Positions 1 through 8,336 of a stretch of DNA of 31,184 nucleotides are shown one piece after another. The stretch lies in assembly GCA_964433125.1 (NCBI GenBank), contig CAYSPX010000004.1, positions 1-31,184 on the forward strand. Reading direction: 5' to 3'. The stretch comes from an uncultured Candidatus Saccharibacteria bacterium (lineage in GTDB: Bacteria; Patescibacteriota; Minisyncoccia; Phycocordibacterales; PALSA-1337). The position numbers and the translations under genes were made by a program. The notes beneath the pieces were generated by a model. It saw nothing but the letters and a program-made list of their open reading frames with translations, did no database searches and was not told the DNA's origin. The stretch's first letter is position 1. Every line of letters begins with the position of its first letter.

Positions 1-23
1 GGAAAAGTTTTAGTTAAATAGAT

Positions 24-1295
24 CTAATTCAACTTCCCTTTTAAATTCTCATAAACCCAAGTAATATACTTCACAAAAAGTATCATCGCTGTTGTCCAAA
101 ACAACCCCAAGCCTATACCAGCAAGGATATCTGATAGCCAGTGCACACCTAGATAAACTCGGCTAAATGAAGTTAGAATAATTAAAATAACAGAACCGGC
201 GATTAGTATTTCTCTTAGCACTAATGATTTAATTTTAATTATAAAAAGATAAATTAACAAAACAAAGAAAATTGTAGCTATACTTGCATGACCACTTGGA
301 AAGCTATAACCAGTTTCTACTAAAAACTGACTTTCTGGGCGGATCCTTTCTACCATATTCTTGAGTGTATATGTAATCAAATATCCACCAAAAAAAGATA
401 GTGATATTGTTAGTGTATTATAATAATTCTTTTTGTATATATAATAGACAATAGAGATAATACCGAGAATAGCAATTGCTGTTGGACTGATCACGTCTGT
501 AACTATTTTCATAAATGCAATAAGCCAATCTATACTATTTTCTATAAAAAATTTATTTACATATAAGTCTAATTCGAGTAGTGACACTTTGTCTGTAATC
601 GCATCCTGAATTGTTTTGAAAAATAAATAAAGTCCCGCGAGGTTTAAGCCTAGTGTTATCAATTCATACTTTGCAAAAATATGAAATTTTTTGTTTATAA
701 AGCGATAACCCCAAATGATGATTATACCTATTAATATAGCGATAAAAATATACTTTCCCATAATAGGGGCCACCACATGGTAACTCGCTCCAAATATATA
801 ACCCACTGCTAGAGATGGTAAAGCCCAGAGTATCACAGCTATGAAATCATATAACCAAAAAAACTTGCTATGTGTTCCACTTGCACCAACAATAAAAGGA
901 GATAATGGGCGAGTGATGGGACTAAATCTTCCCAGAATGATGGTCTTGGCTGGATGTTCCTTGACCAAGTTTGTTGCCCTTTCAATATGTTCTGGTTTGA
1001 TAAAAAAAATAGAGCCAAATTTTGTAAAAAAAGCAAAACCGTATTTTTTGCCTAGAAAATATCCTATAGCATCACCAATCATTGCACTCACAACTATAAC
1101 TGGAATGATTATGGAAAGTTTAAATATATCAAGTTTGACCAAAAAACCAGCAATAAGAACTGTAGTGTGACCTGGTACGAATTGACCAATTATCGGCAAT
1201 CCTTCCAAGATTGTAATTATAAAAATAAGAATATAACCACCTTGTTCAATTATACCTTGCAGATTGTTACCTATCGTAGACAGAATTTGTGACAT
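24..1295 (-). CDS. Bifunctional DedA-family / PAP2 phosphatase membrane protein (putative polyprenyl-phosphate flippase-phosphatase fusion)
   Basis: The N-terminal half has DedA/SNARE_assoc motifs (LEGLPIIGQFVPG; GDAIGYFLG; GRFSPITR). The C-terminal half has all three PAP2 motifs (KNMVERIRP; FPSGH; SRVYLGVHWLSD). Many hydrophobic segments. Confidence 0.9.
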   Translation of the reverse strand: MSQILSTIGNNLQGIIEQGGYILIFIITILEGLPIIGQFVPGHTTVLIAGFLVKLDIFKLSIIIPVIVVSAMIGDAIGYFLGKKYGFAFFTKFGSIFFIKPEHIERATNLVKEHPAKTIILGRFSPITRPLSPFIVGASGTHSKFFWLYDFIAVILWALPSLAVGYIFGASYHVVAPIMGKYIFIAILIGIIIIWGYRFINKKFHIFAKYELITLGLNLAGLYLFFKTIQDAITDKVSLLELDLYVNKFFIENSIDWLIAFMKIVTDVISPTAIAILGIISIVYYIYKKNYYNTLTISLSFFGGYLITYTLKNMVERIRPESQFLVETGYSFPSGHASIATIFFVLLIYLFIIKIKSLVLREILIAGSVILIILTSFSRVYLGVHWLSDILAGIGLGLFWTTAMILFVKYITWVYENLKGKLN

Positions 1296-1312
1296 ATATA
1301 TTATAAGCCAAT

Positions 1313-1321
1313 ATTATACCA
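1313..1321 (-). promoter_or_regulatory. Putative extended -10 element (TGGTATAAT) for the DedA-PAP2 gene
   Basis: Perfect TGnTATAAT on the minus strand, 17 nt before the ATG at 1295. A second TATAAT (1305..1300) lies 4 nt before the ATG. Confidence 0.45.
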
Positions 1322-1327
1322 TAAGTG

Positions 1328-1355
1328 TGATAAAATTCTGATAAAATTTTTATCA
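1328..1355. promoter_or_regulatory. Putative operator: 10-bp direct repeat with 11-bp period plus overlapping 8-1-8 palindrome
   Basis: TGATAAAATT at 1328-1337 and 1339-1348; TGATAAAA-T-TTTTATCA at 1339-1355. It lies in the 114-bp divergent gap between DedA-PAP2 and the OmpR-family regulator. Confidence 0.55.
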
Positions 1356-1386
1356 TAGATTTCCACAAAAAATATTAGCGTAATTC

Positions 1387-1403
1387 TATAATTATCCTAT
1401 AAT
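1387..1403 (+). promoter_or_regulatory. Tandem TATAAT boxes upstream of the response regulator (possible leaderless start)
   Basis: TATAAT at 1387-1392 and 1398-1403 (11-bp period). The second is 6 nt before the ATG at 1410; no Shine-Dalgarno is visible. Confidence 0.45.
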
Positions 1404-1409
1404 CCTTGT

Positions 1410-2078
1410 ATGAAAATTTTGCTTATAGAGGATGATATCGAGATATCTGATTTTATCAAGAATAACTTAGGTGAAGATGTCTTTATTATTGATATTGCAG
1501 ATAATGGCTCTGATGGGTCTTTTCTTGCTAGAACAAACAATTATGATGTTATAGTCATGGATAATTCACTACCTATCAAGGACGGTATTACAGTCTGCGA
1601 AGAGATAAGGTCAGAGGGTATAAATACACCTATTATATTCTTGACGATTCATAACATCCTCAGAAAAAAGATCTTGGCACTAGACAAAGGTGCAGATGAT
1701 TATATGACCAAACCATTTGCTATCGAAGAGCTTAGGGCTAGGATATTCGCTCTAGCGCGTAGACCACACGCTTTGGAAGATTCTATTTTAAGGGTAGATG
1801 ATTTGGTGATCGATACACACAGGAGAACAGTATGTAGAGGTAATAAACAAATATATCTTACTCGCAAAACATACAATCTGCTTGAATACCTGATGAAGAA
1901 TAAGGGTAAGGTTTTATCTAGAGGAATAATAATGGAGTGTGTCTGGAATTCAGATGGAGATCCATTTTCCAATACTGTAGAAGCTCATATTCTAAGCCTC
2001 AGAAAAAAGATAAATATAGACGGCAAGAAAGACATACTAAAAAATCTTCCCGGAAGAGGTTATATTATTGAGTCTTAA
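1410..2078 (+). CDS. OmpR/PhoB-family DNA-binding response regulator
   Basis: Receiver domain (MKILLIEDD; VIVMD; PIIFLT; GADDYMTKPF) plus winged-helix domain (LTRKTYNLLEYLM; SNTVEAHILSLRKKI; PGRGY); 222 aa. Confidence 0.92.
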   Translation: MKILLIEDDIEISDFIKNNLGEDVFIIDIADNGSDGSFLARTNNYDVIVMDNSLPIKDGITVCEEIRSEGINTPIIFLTIHNILRKKILALDKGADDYMTKPFAIEELRARIFALARRPHALEDSILRVDDLVIDTHRRTVCRGNKQIYLTRKTYNLLEYLMKNKGKVLSRGIIMECVWNSDGDPFSNTVEAHILSLRKKINIDGKKDILKNLPGRGYIIES

Positions 2079-4311
2079 ACTTCCCTTCAGTTATCTGTTG
2101 GATCAATGAATCTACTTGTGCCTTTGGAACTGGGAACAATTCTCCAATAGTTCGCACTGTCTGGATAGCAAGAGCGTTTTGACCATTCAAAATATAAGCA
2201 TAAGCAAGTGCAGAATATATTTCTTGTGGTTGGTTACCAGCCTTGATTAATTTTTTATATATTTCTATAGCTTTTCCATACTGCTTTACATATATATAAG
2301 CATTAATAATTTTAGGGTCATTAAAGATATCCATTTCACCTTTAAACACATCGAGCGCTTTAGATTCTTGACCTACTGCAATAAGTGTAGCTGCGTATCC
2401 AACCTTTGCGGTATCATTATCCTTTGCTGATAAATATGCTTTCTCCATAAGATCGACGGCTTCTTGCTTCTTACCGATAGTTAGGTAGTTAGAAGCTAGC
2501 TCAAATATTATGGTTTGTTTATTTGGTGATAAAGTATTTGCTTTTTCTAGTAGTGGAGTAGCTGATTTATGATCTTGAATTAGACTAAATAAACCACCGG
2601 CAATTATATATATTCTAGCGTCATTTGGAGTTCGTTTGATCTGGTTATCCACCTCAGCTTTTACTAAATTATAAAATTCAACCTTAGCCTTCTCTGTTGC
2701 TTGAGGACTAGTGATAACTCTCGCAGTACAACTTATAAGTTGCTCAACTGTTTCCTGACTTGCTACAGTTTGACCAAGAGATAAGACTTTTACAAATGGA
2801 GCGGTTGTTATAGTCTGGACATTTTGACACTGACTTAGAGCGTTTATTAATCCTCTATTTGCCCGAATTGGTCTAACATTTATAAAGTACAAACAAGAAA
2901 CTGCTGCTATAACTATAACTGGCACGTAAACATAATCACGGATTGTAATATCATCTTCTGACTGGTGCATATGAAAATTCTTGAAAATAAATGGAGTTTT
3001 TCCAAATTTAAGTGAATGTACAAATGCCAAAAAAGTTATAAACATCACATAACTTGTTTGATTGTCGAATACGAATACATTGTGAATGGCATATCCAACC
3101 AATAGACCAATCAAAATTGATTTTTGTGCAATACTTATATCACTTTTATAAATATAAACTAGAGAGATCAAATACAAAGCGAGATATGATAGAAGTCCTA
3201 GCAAACCTCCTGCTACAAGCCAATCTAGGTATACACTGTGAGCTCTATCGAACCACTGTTCATGTCTCCACATCTCAGGATTATAGTTTGAATTAAATAT
3301 GTAGTTAAAGTTTTCTTGTCCAATACCAATAACTGCAGTCTTTGGATTTGAAAAAATTGATTTTACTGCCATTGGCCAGATATAACCTCGAGCCTGTGTT
3401 TTTGTATCATTGATTGAGATTGTAGCTAAACGACCTAGCACTGCATTATTTTTTATAAAACCAGATTCTTTAAATTGTATAAATAATGCACCTAAAATAA
3501 TAAATGAAGCTATCGTTCCACCAGCAATAGATCTTGTAATATTTGACTGTCCGGTACCCTTTTTGCCAAATACCAAATAGATAGAACAAGAAACTAAAAT
3601 AGCGGCGATCCAACCTAGGATAGTACCTCTTGTTGCAGTCTGGAACATTATAAATGAAAAGAATGCAAACAAAACAGAATACGTCCATACCAGGTGATGC
3701 TTCTTGGAATAGTAACTAACTGCCATAAAACCAGCGATAAATGCGTTTATAAGCATATATGCTGCCATATAAGCAGAGTTTCCTAGTGAAGCATCTACTC
3801 GACTACCTTGATGTGTCTCAGCCCAACCGAAAAACTGGTATAGGCCATAAACAGCAGTGATAAACCCTCCAAACAACACAACATTAAAAAACATTCTCCA
3901 ATTCTCTCTTGTGGTCATTACAGAAGATAGAATCATATAATATCCCCATAGATGAACTATTGTTATCCATCCTTCCATTCGCTCAAAATTGGACCAGATG
4001 CTGCGGAGTGGACTCAAACCAACTAGATCCGCTACTAGAGCGATGATGGTAAGAATTGTCACTGCAATAGTTAACAAGTTTACCCTTGGAATAACACTCT
4101 TATCAGTATCCACGAGCGTCGTTCCCTTTTCTCTTAAAATCAAAATCAACCAAAGTGCAAAAATAACCTCAATAATTATTCTAAAAGCAAAGCCTTTTCC
4201 TGATATAAAAGGAAAGAACATAGAGTTCTCAACATACAATGGAATAAAAGGAATAATAGCGAGTCCAGTAATAATAGCGTATTTAAATATTTTATTGATT
4301 GTGTTGTTCAT
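2065..4311 (-). CDS. O-antigen ligase-like (Wzy_C/WaaL/O-OTase) membrane protein with C-terminal TPR-like repeats
   Basis: About 12 hydrophobic segments with TATRG, GIGQENF and RAHSVYLDWLVAGGLLG motifs typical of Wzy_C proteins. The C-terminal ~200 aa are helical with TPR-like spacing (EAVDLMEKAY; YGKAIEIYKKLI; ALAYAYILNGQ). Confidence 0.8.
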   Translation of the reverse strand: MNNTINKIFKYAIITGLAIIPFIPLYVENSMFFPFISGKGFAFRIIIEVIFALWLILILREKGTTLVDTDKSVIPRVNLLTIAVTILTIIALVADLVGLSPLRSIWSNFERMEGWITIVHLWGYYMILSSVMTTRENWRMFFNVVLFGGFITAVYGLYQFFGWAETHQGSRVDASLGNSAYMAAYMLINAFIAGFMAVSYYSKKHHLVWTYSVLFAFFSFIMFQTATRGTILGWIAAILVSCSIYLVFGKKGTGQSNITRSIAGGTIASFIILGALFIQFKESGFIKNNAVLGRLATISINDTKTQARGYIWPMAVKSIFSNPKTAVIGIGQENFNYIFNSNYNPEMWRHEQWFDRAHSVYLDWLVAGGLLGLLSYLALYLISLVYIYKSDISIAQKSILIGLLVGYAIHNVFVFDNQTSYVMFITFLAFVHSLKFGKTPFIFKNFHMHQSEDDITIRDYVYVPVIVIAAVSCLYFINVRPIRANRGLINALSQCQNVQTITTAPFVKVLSLGQTVASQETVEQLISCTARVITSPQATEKAKVEFYNLVKAEVDNQIKRTPNDARIYIIAGGLFSLIQDHKSATPLLEKANTLSPNKQTIIFELASNYLTIGKKQEAVDLMEKAYLSAKDNDTAKVGYAATLIAVGQESKALDVFKGEMDIFNDPKIINAYIYVKQYGKAIEIYKKLIKAGNQPQEIYSALAYAYILNGQNALAIQTVRTIGELFPVPKAQVDSLIQQITEGKFKTQ

Positions 4312-4331
4312 AATCTTGTGATGATATCATA

Positions 4332-5276
4332 TTATTTAAACATATTAAAGAGTTTTTGGGCGAGGAAAATATCTGTATCTCTTCTAGATTCGTAAGTCAT
4401 ACCTCCAATATGTGGAGTAATAATTACCCTAGAATTTGACTGAGCGTATTTGACCAAGACATGATCACTGCAGTTATTTTTTTCAAAAAGAATCTCTCCA
4501 TCGATGACATCAGTTGCATATCCATCAATAATATTATTCTGTAGAGAATGTATAATGTCTTTTTCATCAACTATCTTCCCCCTAGAAGTATTTATTATAC
4601 AAGCGTTCCTCTTCATCAGACGAATTGAATCTATATTAAACATATTTTCTGTTTCATTATTCAAATGGGTGTGAATAGAAATATAATCACTAATTTTCAG
4701 TAGCTCATCAAAATCAATCTTTCGCCAGTTTAAATTATCTACATATGGATCGACATATACGACTTTCATACCCAAAGCACTACCGTAAGTAGCCATCATC
4801 TTTCCGAGACGGCCAAGTCCTACAATACCTAGTGTCTTGCCAAAAAGTGAGTGGCCTTTGAAATTTTCTCTATTCCACTCACCTTTTAAAACTGACAAAT
4901 GTGAGGCTGGTATATTTCGCGCCAACAAAATCATTAAACCTAGAGCAAGTTCAGCTGTACCAGTAATTGTATTCAAAAAATCAACTTCTTCTTTCAGACT
5001 GACTATCTTTATCTTTTTTTCTTCAGCTTTTTTTAAATCGATATGATCAAGACCTGTAGTTGCCGTTGCAATAATTTTTAATTTATCAACTCCACCTAAA
5101 ACGTTTGATGTAAAATTTAAACCTAGTCCACAAAGAATGATATCGTATTTTTTAATATTTTCCATCAATTCTGCTTGAGTAATATTTAAATAGTCAACTT
5201 TACCTAGTTTTTCTAATATCTTTTTTGCATCATTATCAAAAATCTCTCCTATAGTATTCAAAATTCGTAATCTCAT
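4332..5276 (-). CDS. D-isomer-specific 2-hydroxyacid dehydrogenase (SerA-like, no ACT domain)
   Basis: TTGLDHIDL, TAELALGL, Rossmann GIVGLGRLG, YVDP, INTSRG, DVIDGE and TPHIGG motifs; 314 aa. Confidence 0.85.
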   Translation of the reverse strand: MRLRILNTIGEIFDNDAKKILEKLGKVDYLNITQAELMENIKKYDIILCGLGLNFTSNVLGGVDKLKIIATATTGLDHIDLKKAEEKKIKIVSLKEEVDFLNTITGTAELALGLMILLARNIPASHLSVLKGEWNRENFKGHSLFGKTLGIVGLGRLGKMMATYGSALGMKVVYVDPYVDNLNWRKIDFDELLKISDYISIHTHLNNETENMFNIDSIRLMKRNACIINTSRGKIVDEKDIIHSLQNNIIDGYATDVIDGEILFEKNNCSDHVLVKYAQSNSRVIITPHIGGMTYESRRDTDIFLAQKLFNMFK

Positions 5277-5281
5277 ATATT

Positions 5282-6004
5282 TTAAAATTTAAAACCTTTT
5301 TTATTCAATTCAGCAAGCATGTATTCCGCTTGTACCCAGTCAACAGGATAATCAATATCTATGGATCTTTCAGGTGGAACAATATAACCAACTATCTTTT
5401 CTCCATAAAGTTTATTCTCTTTCATAATTAAATCTCTTCTCATAGAATAAACTGCAGCACTTCTTCTATACGCGACAGGTAAATCCTGTCTCCTGATTCC
5501 TTCCACTTCCAACACAGAATAATCCTTAACAAAGCCTCCTTCGATCTTTTTTATTTTAATTGGATGGGCATTACTTGGAACCTCGACTATTGTTACAGCA
5601 CTGTCTGCTTTTGTCATTATTAGTTTATTAAGTGTTTCATCAATATCTTCTACTGTTCTAAACGGAGAGGTTGGTTGTAAAATAACCACATAATCAATAA
5701 TCAAACTATTAAGTGCCTCATAAGTAGCTATAGCGTGTTGTATTACAGGTAAATGCTGGACCGAATCGCCCGCCAACTCAGATGGCCTCATAAATGGAAC
5801 ATTAGCTCCAAACCCTATACAAACATTAGCAATTTCTACACTATCAGTCGATACAATCAAGTGGTTTATTAACTTACTTTTACTAGCAACTGCAATAGTA
5901 TAGTAAACAAGTGGCTTATTTCCCAATTTTTTAATATTTTTTCCTGGAATACCTTTTGAACCGCCTCTTGCAGTGATTACACCTAATATATTATATTTTT
6001 TCAT
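5282..6004 (-). CDS. neuA: CMP-nonulosonic acid (acylneuraminate) cytidylyltransferase
   Basis: ARGGSKGIPGKN signature, VSTD, LQPTSPFR, SIDID. Its ATG overlaps the neuB TGA (ATGA, 6001-6004). Confidence 0.93.
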   Translation of the reverse strand: MKKYNILGVITARGGSKGIPGKNIKKLGNKPLVYYTIAVASKSKLINHLIVSTDSVEIANVCIGFGANVPFMRPSELAGDSVQHLPVIQHAIATYEALNSLIIDYVVILQPTSPFRTVEDIDETLNKLIMTKADSAVTIVEVPSNAHPIKIKKIEGGFVKDYSVLEVEGIRRQDLPVAYRRSAAVYSMRRDLIMKENKLYGEKIVGYIVPPERSIDIDYPVDWVQAEYMLAELNKKGFKF

Positions 6005-7146
6005 TTTTTAATAGTTATATGTTTTTTTGAAACTGGCTGATATTTTTTTATATCAATTTTTATCTTTTTTCCAACAACATGGTGAAAAAAATTTGAAGGT
6101 ATACCATCTAAATACATTCTTGGTCTCATTGCATACAACATATCCTTAGTAAGGATAGTTCCCGCCACTAAATCTCTTGCTGCAACTAAGGTCTTATTGA
6201 AATATGGTCTATATTTATTTTTAGAACCAGCCAACTCCTTATCTATTTTCCCATAAAATGGTTTAATATTAATTTTATTATATCTCTTACTCTTTATTGA
6301 ACTGGCAAGTGATTTCATCTCAGCTGGAGTAATAGAGGCTTTATGATCAGATCCCCACATTTTTCTTGATAGAGAAAAATGCTTCTCAATAACTTGAGCA
6401 CCAACTTTTATTGCAGCTAATGGAATTACATTGCTCCCCACCGAATGATCAGAGAAGCCGATGATTGCCTTAGGATATTTTTTTTTAAAATATTCAATTG
6501 TAGACAAATTAAAAGACTTAGGTGGACAAGGATACTCACTTATACAATATAAAATAACGAGGGGACACTTTTTTTTAGTAATATATTCAACTACTTCATC
6601 TAATTCATTATGACTAACCATTCCTGTCGAAATTATAATTGTTTTTTTTGTACTAATTAGGAAATCTAAAAGTAGATAGTCTTGTATATCCCCAGATCCT
6701 ATTTTCCAAAAAGGGACGCCGATTTTTTCAAGTTTAACCGCCGCCATACGCGACATTGGTGTGGAAAAAAAGATAATTCCTTTTTTATCAGAATATTCTT
6801 TTAACTCTTTAAAAAAACTAATTGGCGCTTCTTCGGTATTTCTTTTTACCCACGCATACCTATCACTTCCCTTAAAATGTGGTGAAGTTATTTTTATATC
6901 AACTTGTTCATCTTCCACTTCATGCGTCTGAAACTTTACTGCATGTGCACCAGCTTTTACAGCCTCGTCTATGAGTTTTTTTGCATTCTTTAAATACACA
7001 TCTTTTCCATGGGACTCTTTAGTTTGAATAAAATTCTTTCCAATTTCAGCAATGATAAAAATATTGTCTTTTGAAACAAGATTACCGATTGGATCTAGAT
7101 TCTCTCTTTTATTAGGTATGTGTGATTTTTGAGTTTTATTGTTCAT
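6001..7146 (-). CDS. neuB: N-acetylneuraminate / nonulosonate synthase with C-terminal SAF (antifreeze-like) domain
   Basis: IIAEIG, AVKFQT, KIGSG, IISTGM, GFSDH, IEKHF, SDH motifs; SAF domain LVAARDLVAGTILTKDMLYAMRP. Confidence 0.92.
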   Translation of the reverse strand: MNNKTQKSHIPNKRENLDPIGNLVSKDNIFIIAEIGKNFIQTKESHGKDVYLKNAKKLIDEAVKAGAHAVKFQTHEVEDEQVDIKITSPHFKGSDRYAWVKRNTEEAPISFFKELKEYSDKKGIIFFSTPMSRMAAVKLEKIGVPFWKIGSGDIQDYLLLDFLISTKKTIIISTGMVSHNELDEVVEYITKKKCPLVILYCISEYPCPPKSFNLSTIEYFKKKYPKAIIGFSDHSVGSNVIPLAAIKVGAQVIEKHFSLSRKMWGSDHKASITPAEMKSLASSIKSKRYNKINIKPFYGKIDKELAGSKNKYRPYFNKTLVAARDLVAGTILTKDMLYAMRPRMYLDGIPSNFFHHVVGKKIKIDIKKYQPVSKKHITIKK

Positions 7147-7175
7147 TACCTTATATCCTATTGTATTTAGAATTA

Positions 7176-8333
7176 TTAATCAACAAAGGTCTTCTGTGTA
7201 TATAGTTTAATTGTAGCGATTATATTTGCTATATTTTTACTCGTATCTTTTGCGAAATACATGTTTGACGGTGTATATTTTCCAACACTAATCTGATCTT
7301 GTATAGCTCTTTTAATTTGAACGGAATCATGTAAAACATTTTTAACATTATTCGATTGGAGTCTATTATTTTGCCTATTACCAATATTTACCACCGGTAA
7401 GCCAACAAACGAAGATTCCTTTATACCAGCAGATGAGTTACCAACCAAGCAAAGACTATTCTTAAGTAACCAAATAAATTCCTTTGGGCCTAAATACCTC
7501 ATGAATCTAATTTTATGTCCGACAACTTCATCTTTAAAGGTCCTCAATTCTTGAGATATATCCTCAGCTCCAGCGTCAACATTTGGCCAAAACCACAATG
7601 TGGGAATATTTAACTCGTGAATCGCCTTTAATATTATTTGAGTATTCTTATGAATATTTTTTACATCTAAAATATCTGGATGATACATTACCATTAAATA
7701 ACCTTTATTTAGGTCAAACATGGCCCCACTACCTGTTTTATTTAAGTCTATTTTTGTCGAACGACTCGATAATTTACTCACAACCTCAATATCTGGACTA
7801 CCAAAATTAAAAACATATGATTTATTTTCACCCATCTTTAATACTCTCTCTTTTGCTGGTGTATTTGTTGTAAAATGTATATGAGAAAGTTTTGTGATTG
7901 CATGTCTAACACTTTCGTCTATTGAGCCAGAAATATCTCCGCCCTCTATATGAGCTATGGGTATAGACATATAAGATGCCGCAACAGCAGCAGATAAAAC
8001 CTCAAACCTATCACCCCTTACAACGACCACATCAGGTTTAATTTGATTAAATAGAGTAGTAAATTCAATTATACCTAAGCCTGCAGTTTTTGCTTTAACA
8101 ATACTAACGTTCCCTTCCAAATTAAAGTGGAGATCATACAGTTTTAGATAACCATCTTCAATTAAAAGCTTCTTAATATCAGCAAACTTCGAGGAATATT
8201 TGGAAAGTAGTGCTGGTCCAGCAACGATGATATGTAAATCAACATCTTTTCTCTTTTTTAATTCTTCGAGAACTAGTAGATTGCGACTGTAGTGTATAAA
8301 ATTTGTTATGACAAAACATACTTTTCTTTTCAT
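7176..8333 (-). CDS. neuC: UDP-N-acetylglucosamine 2-epimerase (hydrolysing, NeuC-type)
   Basis: GDRFE, HIEGGD, DESVRHAITKLSHIHF, MGE, PNVDAG, GNSSAGIKE, NIGNRQ motifs; adjacent to neuB and neuA. Confidence 0.88.
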   Translation of the reverse strand: MKRKVCFVITNFIHYSRNLLVLEELKKRKDVDLHIIVAGPALLSKYSSKFADIKKLLIEDGYLKLYDLHFNLEGNVSIVKAKTAGLGIIEFTTLFNQIKPDVVVVRGDRFEVLSAAVAASYMSIPIAHIEGGDISGSIDESVRHAITKLSHIHFTTNTPAKERVLKMGENKSYVFNFGSPDIEVVSKLSSRSTKIDLNKTGSGAMFDLNKGYLMVMYHPDILDVKNIHKNTQIILKAIHELNIPTLWFWPNVDAGAEDISQELRTFKDEVVGHKIRFMRYLGPKEFIWLLKNSLCLVGNSSAGIKESSFVGLPVVNIGNRQNNRLQSNNVKNVLHDSVQIKRAIQDQISVGKYTPSNMYFAKDTSKNIANIIATIKLYTQKTFVD

Positions 8334-8336
8334 ATT

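Noticed and set aside
1339-1355. Fur box
   Set aside because: Fur uses a 7-1-7 TGATAAT-N-ATTATCA repeat; this is 8-1-8 with different inner bases, and no iron genes are adjacent.
4321-4330. Palindrome ATGATATCAT upstream of the WaaL-like gene, sharing TGATA with the 1328-1355 operator
   Set aside because: It is 10 bp, AT-rich and differently spaced, so it is expected by chance; worth revisiting only if the regulator footprints it.
4332-5276. Serine biosynthesis (serA)
   Set aside because: No ACT domain, no serB or serC nearby, and it is coupled to neuA; the gene symbol is withheld.
6478-6576. 9-T and 8-T runs in neuB as phase-variation tracts
   Set aside because: The frame is intact, they encode Lys runs, and such runs occur throughout this AT-rich window; there is no evidence of slippage.
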